Source of the DNA: Carcharhinus longimanus
Lineage: Eukaryota
Direction of reading: 5' to 3'
Assembly (NCBI GenBank): GCA_030264375.1
Contig: JASCQW010000032.1
Span: 61,585,942-61,649,941, forward strand
DNA length: 64,000 nt
The notes below the pieces were generated by a model. The model saw only the letters and a program-made list of their open reading frames with translations. It ran no database searches and was not told the DNA's origin. Below are positions 35,401-47,587 of this stretch, piece by piece (the stretch's first letter is position 1; every line of letters starts with the position of its first letter). The translations under genes were made by a program, and so were the position numbers.

Positions 35401-36497
35401 ACATATATACTGCTATTTCCTTAGAAAGCTAGAACAGCAGATCTGCTCAGTTATGTGATTGCCTGAATAGTCATTACATTAGATGCTATCTAGAAAATAC
35501 TCCAAATTCCATATGTCAAAGTTTCAGAAGTACTGCATGAAAGAAGGCAATCCAGAATGTTCAAAAGGCAGTTTTGCTTGATTGGCTACATCGAGTAAGA
35601 TACGATCAAACCTTTCTGTAGGCTTTGGCACAGCTACCTGGCAATGACCATTAGGAACTCTCTTGCCAGGGTTTGGGACAGCAGAAACACAGACTCAGAG
35701 TTGTACCATCTGTTGCACGGACATCAGCTACCACACAGCATATGGATAGCACATGCGGTGACTGTAGTCATTAGCAGTGGCTTAAAACTTGGCTGCAACT
35801 TCTTCCGCAGCCAAAAAACTGGGAGTTGTGTGTGGGCCATGCTGTCATTCACTTGCAGCCTGACACCTACATCTTGGATTCACATATTGGATTTTCTTTT
35901 CCTGCGTTTTTGCCTGTTGTTAATCCCAGATTTTCTAGCTTGGTACAGGCTGGCAATGGGTCGAGATAATGTTTCTTTTTAAATTTGTCCAAAGTCTTAT
36001 AGAAAGTCTGGCCTATTGTTGTGATGCTCACCTGGAAAGGCCAGTGCCATCTCAATTTGACTTGCAGCCAATCTTTCTCTCCTATTTGCATCTAACAAAG
36101 AAAACCTGTCAAAAGTGGGAGGTATGCCAAAAGAGGAAAATCTATGCATGAATGTTTGAGAGACAGAAAGTTGTGAATGATTAAGTTGTACATTTGTATT
36201 GTTTATGATGTTAGCAGAGAGATGAAAAGATGAAAGATAAAGGTTCTCACCAGGGAGAAAGTTAGTTGATATACGATGAGATAGTCTTTTATTGCTACAC
36301 TTGCTTCCAGTAAACTATGTCATTCAGTATTGAAATGTCTTTTTGATCTATTGATATTTTTACTTACACTAAATATAATCTAGAATAAAAATAATTCACC
36401 ATATATCACATTATCAGGTAAGAATATTTGAATTTTTGCATTAATTGTAAAAATGAATGGAATTTTGAAATGACTGTGGTGGATCAGGAGCTCATTT

Positions 36498-36856
36498 TCT
36501 TTTATTCATTCATTGGACATGGACATTATTGGCTGGCCAGCATTTATTGCCCATCCAAAGTTGCCTGATGACAGTTGAGACTCAACCACATTGCTGTGGC
36601 TCTGGAGTCATGTGTCGGCTAGACCAGGTAAGCTCAGCAGGTTTCCTTCCCTGAAGGACATTAGTGAACCAGATGAGTGTTTCCAACAATCAACAATGGT
36701 TTCTTGGTCACAGTAGATTCTTAATTCCAGGTTTGTCGTTTTAACTGAATTCAAATTTCACCATCTGCTGTGCAGAAATTCGAACCTGGGTCGCAGAACA
36801 TTAGCTGAGTTTCTGGATTGATAGTCTAGCGATAATACCACCAGGTCATCACCTCA
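36498..36856 (-). mobile_element. Family-B tRNA-SINE, near full length
   Basis: Minus strand head ggtggtattatcgctagac...ggttcgaat (A/B boxes). Tail ggatgggcaataaatgctggcc is shared with family-B LINE ends. Confidence 0.8.
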
Positions 36857-37054
36857 TTTTTGTTAAAGGAGCAGGTTTTTTTAACTCAACCATCTCACTA
36901 GTGCCCTTCTTCTCAGTTTTCTCACCAATTCAAGAGGAGGTTGAGGATGATGGTGTGCCAAATCTGTCAGTGAAGGCTCTTTACTTAAAGGAACCTGTGT
37001 AGAGCTGAATGGCTGTAAGGAATCTTACTGATAAAACATTCGTTATGGAGGAGA

Positions 37055-38720
37055 ATGGAAAGAAGACAAAGTAAGGCTGTTCCATGGTTCTCAGTGTTTG
37101 CTGGAGGCAATGCTGGAGGTTCTAAAGGCCAGGAGAGAAGTCTTCGTCCCTGCGGACAGACGAAAAAGGCCAGTAAGCCTAATGAAGCAGGTATGAGTGG
37201 TGGTAGCAGAGGCTGTCAGCAGCAGGTGCCATGGACAAGAATTGAGTGTCGGAAAACGTTTTAATGACCTCATTAGCTCCTCTCAGTTACACTTCTCAAA
37301 TGTTCTTATTCTATTCTCAATAGACATTCCACTTCTCAAATTCTTAACTCTTTGTGTTCTCTTGCTGCAGAAGAGAGTGCGCAACTCCAGGGAAAGGCAA
37401 AGAATGGGGGTTGGAGCTGCAGTCATTGACACAATGGACCATTATGGGAAATTAGCAGATAAACATACACACTGGTGTTGGTGATGGGGAGAAGAGGTGG
37501 TTCAGAGACTTGCTGACAGCATTGAATGATCCATCACCACTTGGCACTTAGTTGTCACTCATGTTGAATTGATGTCAGCACTTAGTAAACAATCGTAGTT
37601 TGTAACCATTCTCAAATTTAGCACTAACTCATGCTTTTCATCTCTCACCCGTCCTTAACAGGTGACAGAGGTGAGGGAGTAAGCGAGTGAATCTCCAGAG
37701 GAGGACGAACAGATTAAGGCTGCACCTTCACACCTGCACATCTCCTCCCAGTGCAGATAACCACATTTCAGTGAGTAAAAAGGTAAAGTTGCCATAGTCC
37801 CAGATGACCATATATTGTGATTGGTGATGATTTAACCTGGGGATCACCACATCTCAGGCAAGGGGTAATGTTGAGAAGGTGGGACCTTCAACTAATATGG
37901 GAATTCAACCCAAGCTTTTGGCATCACTAACCAGCTGTCTAGCCAATTAAGCTAAACTGACTCCCCATCTCAGTAGGTATTGGAGTGGTAGTTAGGTTGG
38001 CACATGGTGAGGAGAACACATATGAGCAAGTGCAGATGCTGAAGACTATGGCAACTGTGGTGAGTCCCCCACGGGAGAGGATACTCCAAGATCTGGTTAG
38101 CTGGACCTCAAAGAACAATTGGGAAGGGGGTCATGCATGAAGCAGGAATCTATGGAACATCAGTGGGGAGTTTATGTGCTGCTGCCAACGTTTTCAGAGG
38201 ATGTGCATAGTCTTGGTAATAGGATGGATTAGTCCATCCCCAGCATGAGGGCAATAATGTGTCAGACACCTGCGCTGATATCCACTGCCATGGGAAGGTG
38301 GCCACCTTCAGGGAGAATCAGACACTGCAACAATTGAGTATATGCTGGCCTAGACCAATGGCATACTCTACTCAGTGGATCAATCAAAGTCTTGCCTTGG
38401 TGACTGTGCTCCTCACTGATGTGTGGCGGTTCTCTTCCATTCCACACTAACAGGGAAATGCAGGTAGACCCTGAGAAAGATGGAGAAAGTGCACATGACA
38501 GTGGCAACTCTCCTCAAGCCACCTTCTTTCTCAGCCATTTCCCCCCACCTGCAGATAGAGCCACACAAAGCTGTCCCTTTCTCCTTTTTGGTATCAACCA
38601 CACAGGCTCAAAAATCCAGAGGATGTCTGCCACAAGCATTTCACCTGTCAGAGCAGGGGAACTAACATCCTGCCTCCAGCTCTGCTGATGCCACAGTGGT
38701 AGCGTCACATAGAAGTAAGA
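37055..38720 (+). pseudogene. Decayed Harbinger Myb/SANT-like DNA-binding gene (MSANTD/Myb_DNA-bind_5 type), multi-exon
   Basis: MERRQSKAVPWFS / LLEAMLEVLKARREVFVPADRRKRPVSLMKQV*VVVAEAVSSR / RIECRK-RFNDL. Exon 2 follows ttgctgcag (KRVRNSRERQRMGVG) and exon 3 follows ccttaacag at ~37662. Frameshifts and a TGG>TGA stop. Confidence 0.75.
37777..37965 (-). mobile_element. Third tRNA-SINE family, inserted in the Myb pseudogene
   Basis: Minus strand tttagcttaattggctagacagctggtt...gggttgaattcc (A/B boxes). Flanks catttcagt / catctcagt resemble a TSD. Confidence 0.6.
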
Positions 38721-38984
38721 GGAAGCAGATGAGAAACATATTTTAGTTGCAGTGATAACTTATTTTAATATTAATGTACAAAATAAAGCTCAGATCTTCC
38801 AAACAGAGCAATGATCATTAAGAATTCCCCCGACTTGATGCTGCTGCATATATCTATCGAGACCAGAGAACTATGCAACAATGTCATTCAGGGAAGTCCA
38901 TCAGAGTGATTCAGAATTGGGAGAAGATAGGAAATGCAGTGTGTGGTACGTTTTGTCCAGTTTGAATATTAGCGAATGGGTAAA

Positions 38985-39390
38985 AGGGTGAGCAAGGTGG
39001 TAGGTGGATAAGATGGCAGGTGGGTAACAGTGTCAGTGGGCAGCTGAGTGAGTGGGCAAATGGATAAATGGGTAAGATCAGTCGGTGGACAAGTGGGTAG
39101 ATGATAAGTGGGTCAGGAGATAATTAGGTCTGGTCAGAGGGCCAGACTGATAGCCAGCAGTATTTGAGTCTGGTCAAGGGATAGTCAGATCAGATTGGGT
39201 CAGAGGGCTAATTATGTGGTTGTGGATTAACTGTATTGGTTCTGAAGGGTAGTTGAGTAGTCAGTGTGAGGGTGGGAGGCGGTAAGGGAGATGGTATTTG
39301 GGGCAGGTTTGGTTAGATTGTGGGGGATGGGTGCTGTGGGGGGCGGCAGTCCAATCAAGTCAGTGGGGTAGTCAGGAGGTGATTATGTGT
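38985..39390 (+). repeat. G-rich degenerate simple repeat (gggt/ggtcag units)
   Basis: Strong G/T strand bias with no exact period. Mirrors the C-rich tract at 1930-2340. Confidence 0.5.
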
Positions 39391-39959
39391 GTGTTACTGG
39401 CTGTATAATTACCCGGGTGTTAGACTAAGTTTTAATCTGGGTAACTATTCAGCTAAGTGCATCAGAACTGTCCCAAGTCTTCGTCTCTCCTCAGAGTCAG
39501 GAACAGTGGCAGACCGTCCCAGGATACAGGGGAATTGTCCATTGAGTGTAGATTTCCAGATATTAAAGATATTAAGGGATATAGGAATAGGGCAAGAAAA
39601 TGTTGTGGAGGTACAAGGTCGATCATAAGCTAGCTAAATGGTGGAGCAGACTTGATGAGATGAATGATCTATTATGTCTCCAATTTTCTACCCTACTATG
39701 CATTTAGTACTGGATTCTGACAAGGAGACACAAATTAGAATTCTGAGGGTAAGTTGCAAAAAGGCGAGGTGCAACTAGGCAGGAGTTCTTTTATGCAGCA
39801 TCCAAGTGTGCCGTCCAGTGAATTAACCCAGTTGTGGCAGTGATTGTGACTACTGAGTGCTACAGAACCCCGTCCCACTAAATGGAACAACACAGACCTG
39901 GGTGTGAGGGGAAGAAGGATTGTATTGCACAATACTTGGATTTTAACTGGAAAGAAACA

Positions 39960-40400
39960 TTGCATATAAACAGCAAATCTAATCAAATTAATTAATTGCG
40001 TAAAACTATGACGTGCTTTCTGCCGAAAAATGGGCTTAACATGCTGCCTAATTCAAATGCATTCTAAATGCTCCTTTTTTTTCAGATTTATGTGATTAAC
40101 TTATTTAATGAGGTAGAAAGAAGGAATAATACATTCTGTTTAGTCACACGACACAGTCCTGAATAAACAAGAATTGCCCATATATCTTTCTGACTTCTCA
40201 ATATACAGTAGTAATAGAAGCAAATTAATGTATTTTCATCCCCTCCCTGTCATTAAGTTTTGTCACCCCTAACTAATTGTGTGTTGTGTTCAGATACAAA
40301 ATATGGCTTCTAATTACTATGCTGGTTTCTTCTGCAAAATGACTGTTATTAAAAGTACTTCCCACTATTTACGTCTGCAGTACATAAGGAACAAAGGAAC
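39960..40400. promoter_or_regulatory. Candidate conserved non-coding element
   Basis: Unique AT-rich block: ctaatcaaatttaattaattgcg, tgacgtg, ctgtcattaag, ctaattgtg. Confidence 0.35.
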
Positions 40401-40552
40401 AACTGCATTAGCTATTTTAAAAGCTCAAAGATTTAAGAGTAAGCCACTAGTTTGTTGAATGCTTAATGGAAACTACTGCATTACCATGTATCCAGTCTTT
40501 TTCTAAATTATTTATTTGCCCCTTGTATGCATTCAATCATTCTATGAAGCTT

Positions 40553-40777
40553 GAAGTGGAGATGCTGGCGTTGGGTTGAGGTGGACAAGATGAGAGGTCA
40601 GACGACATCAAGTTATAGTCCAACAGGTTTATCTGAAATCACAAGCTTTCGGAGTGCTGCTCCTTACTCAGCTGAAGTGTTTGCCATTTGACTTAATGAA
40701 GGATCAGCGCTCTGAAAGGTTGTGATTTCAAATAAACCTGTTGGACATTTATCTGGTGTTATGCGATCTTTCATCTG
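40553..40777 (-). mobile_element. Inverted mini-Penelope insertion with two hammerhead motifs
   Basis: 10-bp TSD TATGAAGCTT (40543-52 and 40778-87). Minus CTGAGTA-A-GGAGC-AGC-ACTCC-GAAA-GCT-T-GTG. Plus TTAATGA-A-GGATCAGCGCTCT-GAAA-GGT-T-GTG. Confidence 0.8.
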
Positions 40778-41132
40778 TATGAAGCTTATCATATTACACT
40801 ACAAATTTATTTGTTAAAAGTGGCCCTTAAACCACTTTACATATCTTGAAAGATCTACATTAAATGCCGTCAGAAACTCAAATTCCTTTCTTGAATATAT
40901 TTGACATTAAAGTTATTTAGATTTTCTGCAATTCATGAATTTGCATTCCTTACAGTTTTGAGCCCAGATGGATCATAAGCCTCTGGGTCCTGGCTACATG
41001 AACCACAAACTCAGAGGTCATGTTGGTTTAAATGTGTGACTTCAAAATATGGGAGAAAAGTACGATGTTTTGAAAGTAAAATATACTTTTGAATACAGTA
41101 ATGAAAGCCATTGTAGCTTGATATTGTAGCTT

Positions 41133-41460
41133 GGGCGACACAGTGGCACAATGGTTAGCATTGTTGCCTCACAGCGCCAGGGACACGAGTTCAATTCCCG
41201 ACTTTGGTCACTGTCAGTGTGGAGTTTGCATGTTCTCCCCATGTCTGTGTGGGTTTCCTCTGGGTGCTCTGGTTTCCTCCCACAGTCCAATGGTTCTGAG
41301 TAGATGGATTGGCTGTGCTAAATTGTCCATTAGTGTCAGGGGCTGGGTAGGGTAAATATATGTGGTAACAAGGATGAGGCCTGGGTGAGATCATTGTCAG
41401 TGTTGGCTCGATGGGCCAAATGATCTCCTTCTGCACTTCAGGGATTCTATGATTCTATGA
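41133..41460 (+). mobile_element. HE1-type V-SINE
   Basis: Full pattern ending gggattctatgattctatga. Confidence 0.9.
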
Positions 41461-41564
41461 TACATTTACTGTAGGACTCACTCAAAAAAAACCTTTGGAG
41501 AATAGGAATTCCAGTAACAGAATCAAATTTACCTGGTTAGTGAATGAAAGAAAGAGTGAAAGAG

Positions 41565-41672
41565 AAGTGGAGATGAGGATTATCACATCAGATCAGTCAT
41601 GATCTCATTGAATGGCAGAGCAGACTCGATGGCCAAATGACCTACTTTTGCTCCTCGGTCTTATGGTCTTAT
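41565..41672 (+). mobile_element. CR1 tail fragment
   Basis: gatcagtcatgatctcattgaatggcagagcagactcgatgg...tcttatggtctta. Confidence 0.75.
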
Positions 41673-42874
41673 AAAAGGAAGGAGAGAAGATGAGAAAGGA
41701 CAGCAAGATTGGAAAACGATACCAAGTTTGCGAGGACTCAACAACATAATTAAATGAATAGCTATTGCAAACAAACCCAGGAGAACCCAGATTCCATTCC
41801 AGATGTCCTGAGTTTGCTTACTTCAACTGAGATGGCAATAGGGTTGGATTTCGGATGCCAAGTCAGATAACTGCCTGTACCCAGTAGATTTGCAGTGACC
41901 CTGTGTTGGAAAGTGCATGTTGTGTTCTGAAAATATAAGGTCCAGCTCTGATGCCTCTCACAAGTAAAGAACTTGCCGGCCATTCACTGGCAATGCTCGA
42001 AGGTAAATAATGACCAACTCACTCAAGGTGACAGTAAATGAATTTCAGGAAAGTGCATAGGCTGAATTTCCATCAGGGGCATTCAGTGGCACATTTCAGT
42101 GTGCGAGTGGCAGCACTTCAGTGTTTTTAGAGGAAATGCAACTTTTCCCCACTATTCCAACCCATTTTCCACAGGCCTTTTATGCACGTTGTGAACATCT
42201 AGTCTACGAAATTCACACCCATCTCCTTCTGAGCTCATGTTCCTCATTTTAAATGGGGGAATGAAAATCAAATTTCCTCATGCACACTATTTTCATCTGA
42301 CAGTGTGGGATTTTAGTGCGCCAGGTTTGAGAGTTTGTGAAGAAAATGGAAAACCTGCTGAGGAGTCTAGAACATTCTGTGAGGAAATTGCAAAGTGTTT
42401 CCACAAGTTCAAATATTACTATTATGTTGTGATCCAATGTGGATGTGTTTACAATGTAATAATTCTTCAAAAGGATCTGTCCTTCAGGAATACATTCACC
42501 CTTCCATTGACCAGCCTTATGTATTTCTTCATAAGAAATTATAACAACAGATTGTGCCTTTGATGTGGTTTCTGATTTGTTAACATAAGCTAATAGAATT
42601 GCAACTATTTCAAGTACTCTTCACATATCAGAATGCATTCTTTGTCCCTCACTATCAATGATTTAGAGGTGAGGGCTTTCTTTTTCCCCTGCGAGGAATG
42701 TAAAATATTTTCCATTGGTTTTGTGTGGAATTGGAGGACACGAGGTACATACTAGGTGAGTGGCTATGGAGGATGCATGGGGTGGGGGGGTGAGGAAGCA
42801 TTGAGTGGTAGTAGCGATTGAGGGAGCATGGGCTGCCATGGGAGTGGATAATGGATAATGTGGTGAGGGGGAGG

Positions 42875-43520
42875 GAGAACAAAGAACAAAAATCAGCCTG
42901 GGAAACAGGCCCTTCGGCCCAATGAGCCCACGCCGCCATCTCAACACCACCAGTCCCCGTCTCTACCCACGACGCCTGTCTAATGTTTTATGGCCATCCA
43001 GATTGAGGGAAACTGATTTAGGGACAATTTATTCCTGCCAATCAGCCTAACNNNNNNNNNNNNNNNNNNNNNNNNNNNNNNNNNNNNNNNNNNNNNNNNN
43101 NNNNNNNNNNNNNNNNNNNNNNNNNNNNNNNNNNNNNNNNNNNNNNNNNNNTTTTAAACAACGGTACCACGTTCACTATCCTCCAGTCCTCTGGGACCTC
43201 ACCTGTGTCCAAAGAAGAGACAAAGATTCGCGTCAGAGGCCCAGCAATCTCGTCCCTCGCCTCTCTAAGCAGCCTAGGATAAATGCAATCGGGCCCCGGA
43301 GATTTATCGGTTTTAATGCTATCTAAATAGATCTTTCAATTGGTCTACCGCTCCCTCAATGACGTACTAGACATCAAGCCCCTCTCCTTCGTGAATACCG
43401 ATGCAAAGCATTCATTCATTCAGGATCTCCCCCATTCCCTCTGCCTCTAAGCACAATTCCTCACGTCTGTCCCTGAGAGGACCAATTTTACCCCTAGCCA
43501 CCCCTAGCCTTTATATACTT
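42875..43520 (-). mobile_element. Young CR1/HER1 LINE (tail, gap, ORF2 internal)
   Basis: Tail gaacaaagaaca. After the gap, minus strand SIKTDKSPGPDCIYPRLLREARDEIAGPLTRIFVSSLDTGEVPEDWRIVNVVPLFK. Confidence 0.85.
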
Positions 43521-43869
43521 TTGGAAGCTGGGATACTGTGTTGAAGAAGCAACATGAGGCTTCGAACCATCCCGTCTCCACATCAACAGTCCTCCCGCAC
43601 TTCAGTGCAGGTCGTAAATTTCATTGTAAACCCAATCCTGATGTGAAAAGATAAAAATGGCAGGTGAAGTCACATATGGGTCACGTGTGTAGTTTGTGAA
43701 CAATGAAAGTGCATGGATTGCATTTTTCCCCTGAGTTCAGTTGAAGCTTTAGTTCAACATTTCAGGTTGATGACTTTTCATCATTTCCCTTTGATTCCTT
43801 CTTTTACTTTTTATCCCTTTTTTGTTGATTTTAGATTTCTGCAGTATTTCGCTTTTGTGCTTACTTTGG

Positions 43870-44260
43870 CTGCCTGACAAACAATATTTTTAGACCTTCT
43901 ATCACCGCAATACTTGTAGCTGCCGAATGATCATAATCCATGCATTATTTAGCTGCAAGTATACATCGTTTCCTTTGATTCTGCTATTTCAATACACAAA
44001 GACTGGATTTGATGGAAAAGTGGAGAGATGCTTAATTAACAAAATAGAAGGGCAACAGCACAAGGGCAAATCATTCTTGCTTCTGAATGATGAGCTGTGC
44101 AGCTTGTTTGCCTTGTGAGAATATATCAGTTAATATAATGGGAACTGCAATGGCAATTGTGTTTAAAGTTTGGCAATAAATTTGACTCATTAACTTGGTG
44201 TTTAACTAGTGTTGTCAAAAATCTCATTTGTAACTTTATGTGCTGTTCTGAAGAATCGTT
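43870..44260. promoter_or_regulatory. Candidate conserved non-coding element
   Basis: Unique AT-rich block with TGACA, ACAAT, TTAATTAA and TGACTCATTAA motifs. Confidence 0.3.
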
Positions 44261-44629
44261 TTTTTTTTGGCCATCATTACTTGACTAACTCCTTGATGGC
44301 TATAGAGTCTCATTTTTCTGTTATGCAAAGATTAAAAAGAGATCAGTCGATATGAAAATAATTCTATGATTTGTCAGCATCAAAATAATAAGCTATTGGG
44401 CACATAGGGGGCTTTGTGCTGCAGATTTACACTTTCAGAAGGATTTAATGTATTCTTAATGTCACAGGTGGCTTCAGGCAATTCATAACCATGTTCTGTT
44501 CTTTAGTCAAACCTTTATGTTTGCTAAAATATTTATTGATTTCCTAATCTTTTAGTGCTCTTTACGTTTAGAACAATGAAATATTTTATGAATACAAATA
44601 GATGCTGCATTAAAAATTGTTTTTACTGT

Positions 44630-45505
44630 CAAAGCAGCCATCGTTAGTTGCTGCAGTGCACCTTATAGATGGTACACATGGCTGTCAATGTGGGTTGGCA
44701 GTGGAGGGAGTATTGGAGGTGATAGCTAGGGTGCCAGTCAAATAGATTTGTTTTGTCCTTGATGGTGTTGAGCTTCTGGAGAGATGTTGGGGCTGCACTC
44801 ATCTAAGGAACTGGAAATTATCCTAACACACTCCTAATTGTACTGTATAGATGGTGGGCAGGCTTTGATGAATTACCTGCTGCAGGATTCCTAGCATCTC
44901 CCCTGCTTTTGTAGCAATAGTATTTACATGCCTGATTCAGGTGAGATTCCAGTCACTGATAAGCCCATGATGTTGATAGTGGGGGATTCAGCAATGGTAA
45001 TGCCTTTGCCATGGGGAGGTGATTGGATTGTCTCTTGTTGGAGATGATCATTTCTTAGCACATGTTTGGCATGAATATTCCTCACTGATTATCAGCCCAA
45101 GCCTGAATGATGTCCACATTTGGATGCACGTGGGCACGGACTGCTTCAGTATCTGAGGAGTTGTGAATGGTGCTAAAAATCATCAACAAACATCCCTATT
45201 TCAGACCTTATGATGGAGGGAAGGTCCTTGCTACATTACCTGAAGATGGTTGTGTTTAGGACACTACCCCGAGGAACTCCTGCTATGATATGCTGGGACT
45301 GAGATGATTGATCTCCAACTACTACAACCATCTTCCTTTGCGTTAAGTACAACTCACTCTAGCGGAGAGATCGTCCCCGATTCCCATTGATTCCAGTTAT
45401 GCTACGGCTCTCTGACATCGCACTCAGTCAAACGCTGCCTTAATATCAAAGAGCAGTCATTCCCATCTCGCCCCCGGAGTTCAGCTCTTTTGTCTATGTT
45501 TGGTA
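44630..45505 (-). mobile_element. Family-B CR1-superfamily LINE RT fragment
   Basis: Minus strand carries LDIKAAFD, GVPRGSVL and LFVDD/FINDL-like RT motifs. The 3' part aligns with 27455-27925. Confidence 0.8.
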
Positions 45506-45849
45506 TACTCGAGATTTATCCCAATTTTTGTAACTGAAATAATATGTGAAAGACAAACGAAACACCCAGTGTGCGAGTTCCTGTCATGAAAGGGAAGATT
45601 TGCAAAATTACCTTTCTTCTCAAGCCAGATTCAAATACATTTGGGGATTTGCTGATTTAATTGTCTAAATTGAGGCTCCTACCAATTTCCACAGGGCATC
45701 TTAACCAATAAACTACAATGAGTTAAAATGATGGGCAGCAGGATTTCACAGAGAACAGATGAATGCTCCATTTTGAAGGCACAAACAACACCCTATTCCA
45801 CAAAGAAGGAGTGATTTAAAATGTAAGTTAGCAATAAAAATTGACTAAA

Positions 45850-46544
45850 TGGGTGCAATCTCTCCAGTCCACTACATCAATGGACTGGCACAGCAAGCCA
45901 GGAAGATAGAGCGGGAGGCTTAAACCGGTCTTGCGATGAAAGCCAACTTCCTGGGTTGTGTTTTGCTGGCATGATCGGCTTTGCGCTCGCCTATTTAAAT
46001 ATTACTGATATGCTTTGCACCAAGCACCCTGGCAGTGTCCACCAGGTACCATAACTGCACTGGGGGCAGTGCCGAGGACCCGGGGCCTGAGTGGGTGTGG
46101 AGCAATGACAAGGGGGATGCAAGCGGGTGCTCCTCACTGAGGAGAAGGAACTCTGTAAGGGGAGAGTGGGAAAGGAGGTCTGTAAGCGGGGAAGTGAGGG
46201 GGAGCGAGATGAACCCTGCAGACAGGGTGTGACAGGCAGATGGGGGGTAGGTGTGGGGTAACCAGTACAGGCAGCAATCGGCAGGGATAGTAGGGGGTGG
46301 TGGCAAGAGGTCTCCCAGTTCACTGAGAGATTTGGGCACCTGCACAATGGCGCCCAAGTAGTCTGCAGCTGGCTTCACCCAAAATCTTAGGCTCTGTCCA
46401 TCCCCTTACTCATGAGAATCATACTTCTGTTCGAAAAAATGATAGCGTGGCATAAGATTGCATTTTCAAAGTTGCCCAAAAAACAGACCTGAAACTGTCC
46501 CTCATTCGTTCAGCAATCAGAATTCTTTTGGGAAGATCTTGCCC
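45850..46544. mobile_element. Harbinger-type non-autonomous element
   Basis: Inverted ends gggtgcaatctctcc / gggaagatcttgccc. GC-rich interior with ctggcagtg/gggcagtgcc motifs. Confidence 0.45.
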
Positions 46545-46619
46545 AGTATCTTAGATATTGAGCATTAAATTTTGATTATTCTAGAATTTTCAATCACCTC
46601 ATTGTTGGCCTGGCCTATT

Positions 46620-46920
46620 GCGGCATATCTAATAAGCTATTGAAATGGTTTGATGATTTTGCTGGGGGGCACAGAGTCATCCATGAAAAAATCGACATCT
46701 CATATCTTTTTCGGAATAACTATGCGGGAGTGCTGAAAGCAAGGATGCCTGCGTCCCTCGTGCGTTTTCATCTTTGGTGAACTTATAGACGCAGGGATGA
46801 GAAAGTTCTTCTTGCAAGGACCCCTTTATATATATACAGCCTCAGATCAGGAGGAGTGGGCTAAATTGACACTGAGGTAGGCTTCCTGAATTTGCTATTA
46901 CACAGCACACAGGATTGGTT
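46620..46920 (-). promoter_or_regulatory. Candidate minus-strand TATA/CCAAT promoter with CpG-retaining downstream region
   Basis: Minus TATATAAAGGGG at 46821-46832, CCAAT at 46914-46918, CpG cluster 46620-46795. Confidence 0.25.
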
Positions 46921-47267
46921 GGATATCTAAGCACCTTAGCAAGCAAGCAGCGGCTATTTCAAATGAATGGACTTGGAAAGCTGCCTAAGGCAATGTCCTT
47001 CATATTTGCACATAGCTGAACATTTTAGGATTTTAATTAACCTTGCAGAAAAGTCTTGTTGAACTATCATTCATTGATAATGGATTATTTGGGAATGCTA
47101 GAGTAAACCTTCTGAAATAAAATCAGTAGCTGTTTCGCTGTTTAGTAATTCATTCAATTGACTTTTCAACTATTTCCTTTTTTACTGCAACATTTTACCA
47201 ACAACCATCCCCATTTGAATTGAATTGCTTTGTGATTTAATATTTACTTTGATCAGTTTAGAAGCAT

Positions 47268-47587
47268 ACATAGAAACAGAGAATCCTACAGTGCAGAAGG
47301 AGGCTATTTGGCCCATCGAGTCTGCACCAATCACAATCCCACCCAGGCCCTATCTCCATGTATTTACCATAGATACTCCCCCTGACACTAAGGGGCAATT
47401 TAGCATGGCCAATCCACCTAACCCGCACAGCTTTGGAGAGCGGGAGGAAACTGGAGCACCCAGAGGAAACCCACACAGACACTGGGAGAATGTGCAAACT
47501 CCACACAGACAAATGACCCAAGCCAGGAATCAAACCCAGGTCTCTGGCACTGTGAGGCAGCAGTGCTAACCATTGTGCCACCATGCT
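47268..47587 (-). mobile_element. HE1-type V-SINE
   Basis: Full pattern. Confidence 0.9.

Noticed and set aside
38985-39390. G-rich tract as telomeric, switch-region or functional G4 array
   Set aside because: No regular unit. It resembles the low-complexity interiors of the decayed transposons here (complement type at 1930-2340).
41133-41210. tRNA genes suggested by A/B boxes
   Set aside because: Every A/B box pair continues into a SINE body. None stands alone as a cloverleaf with a terminator.
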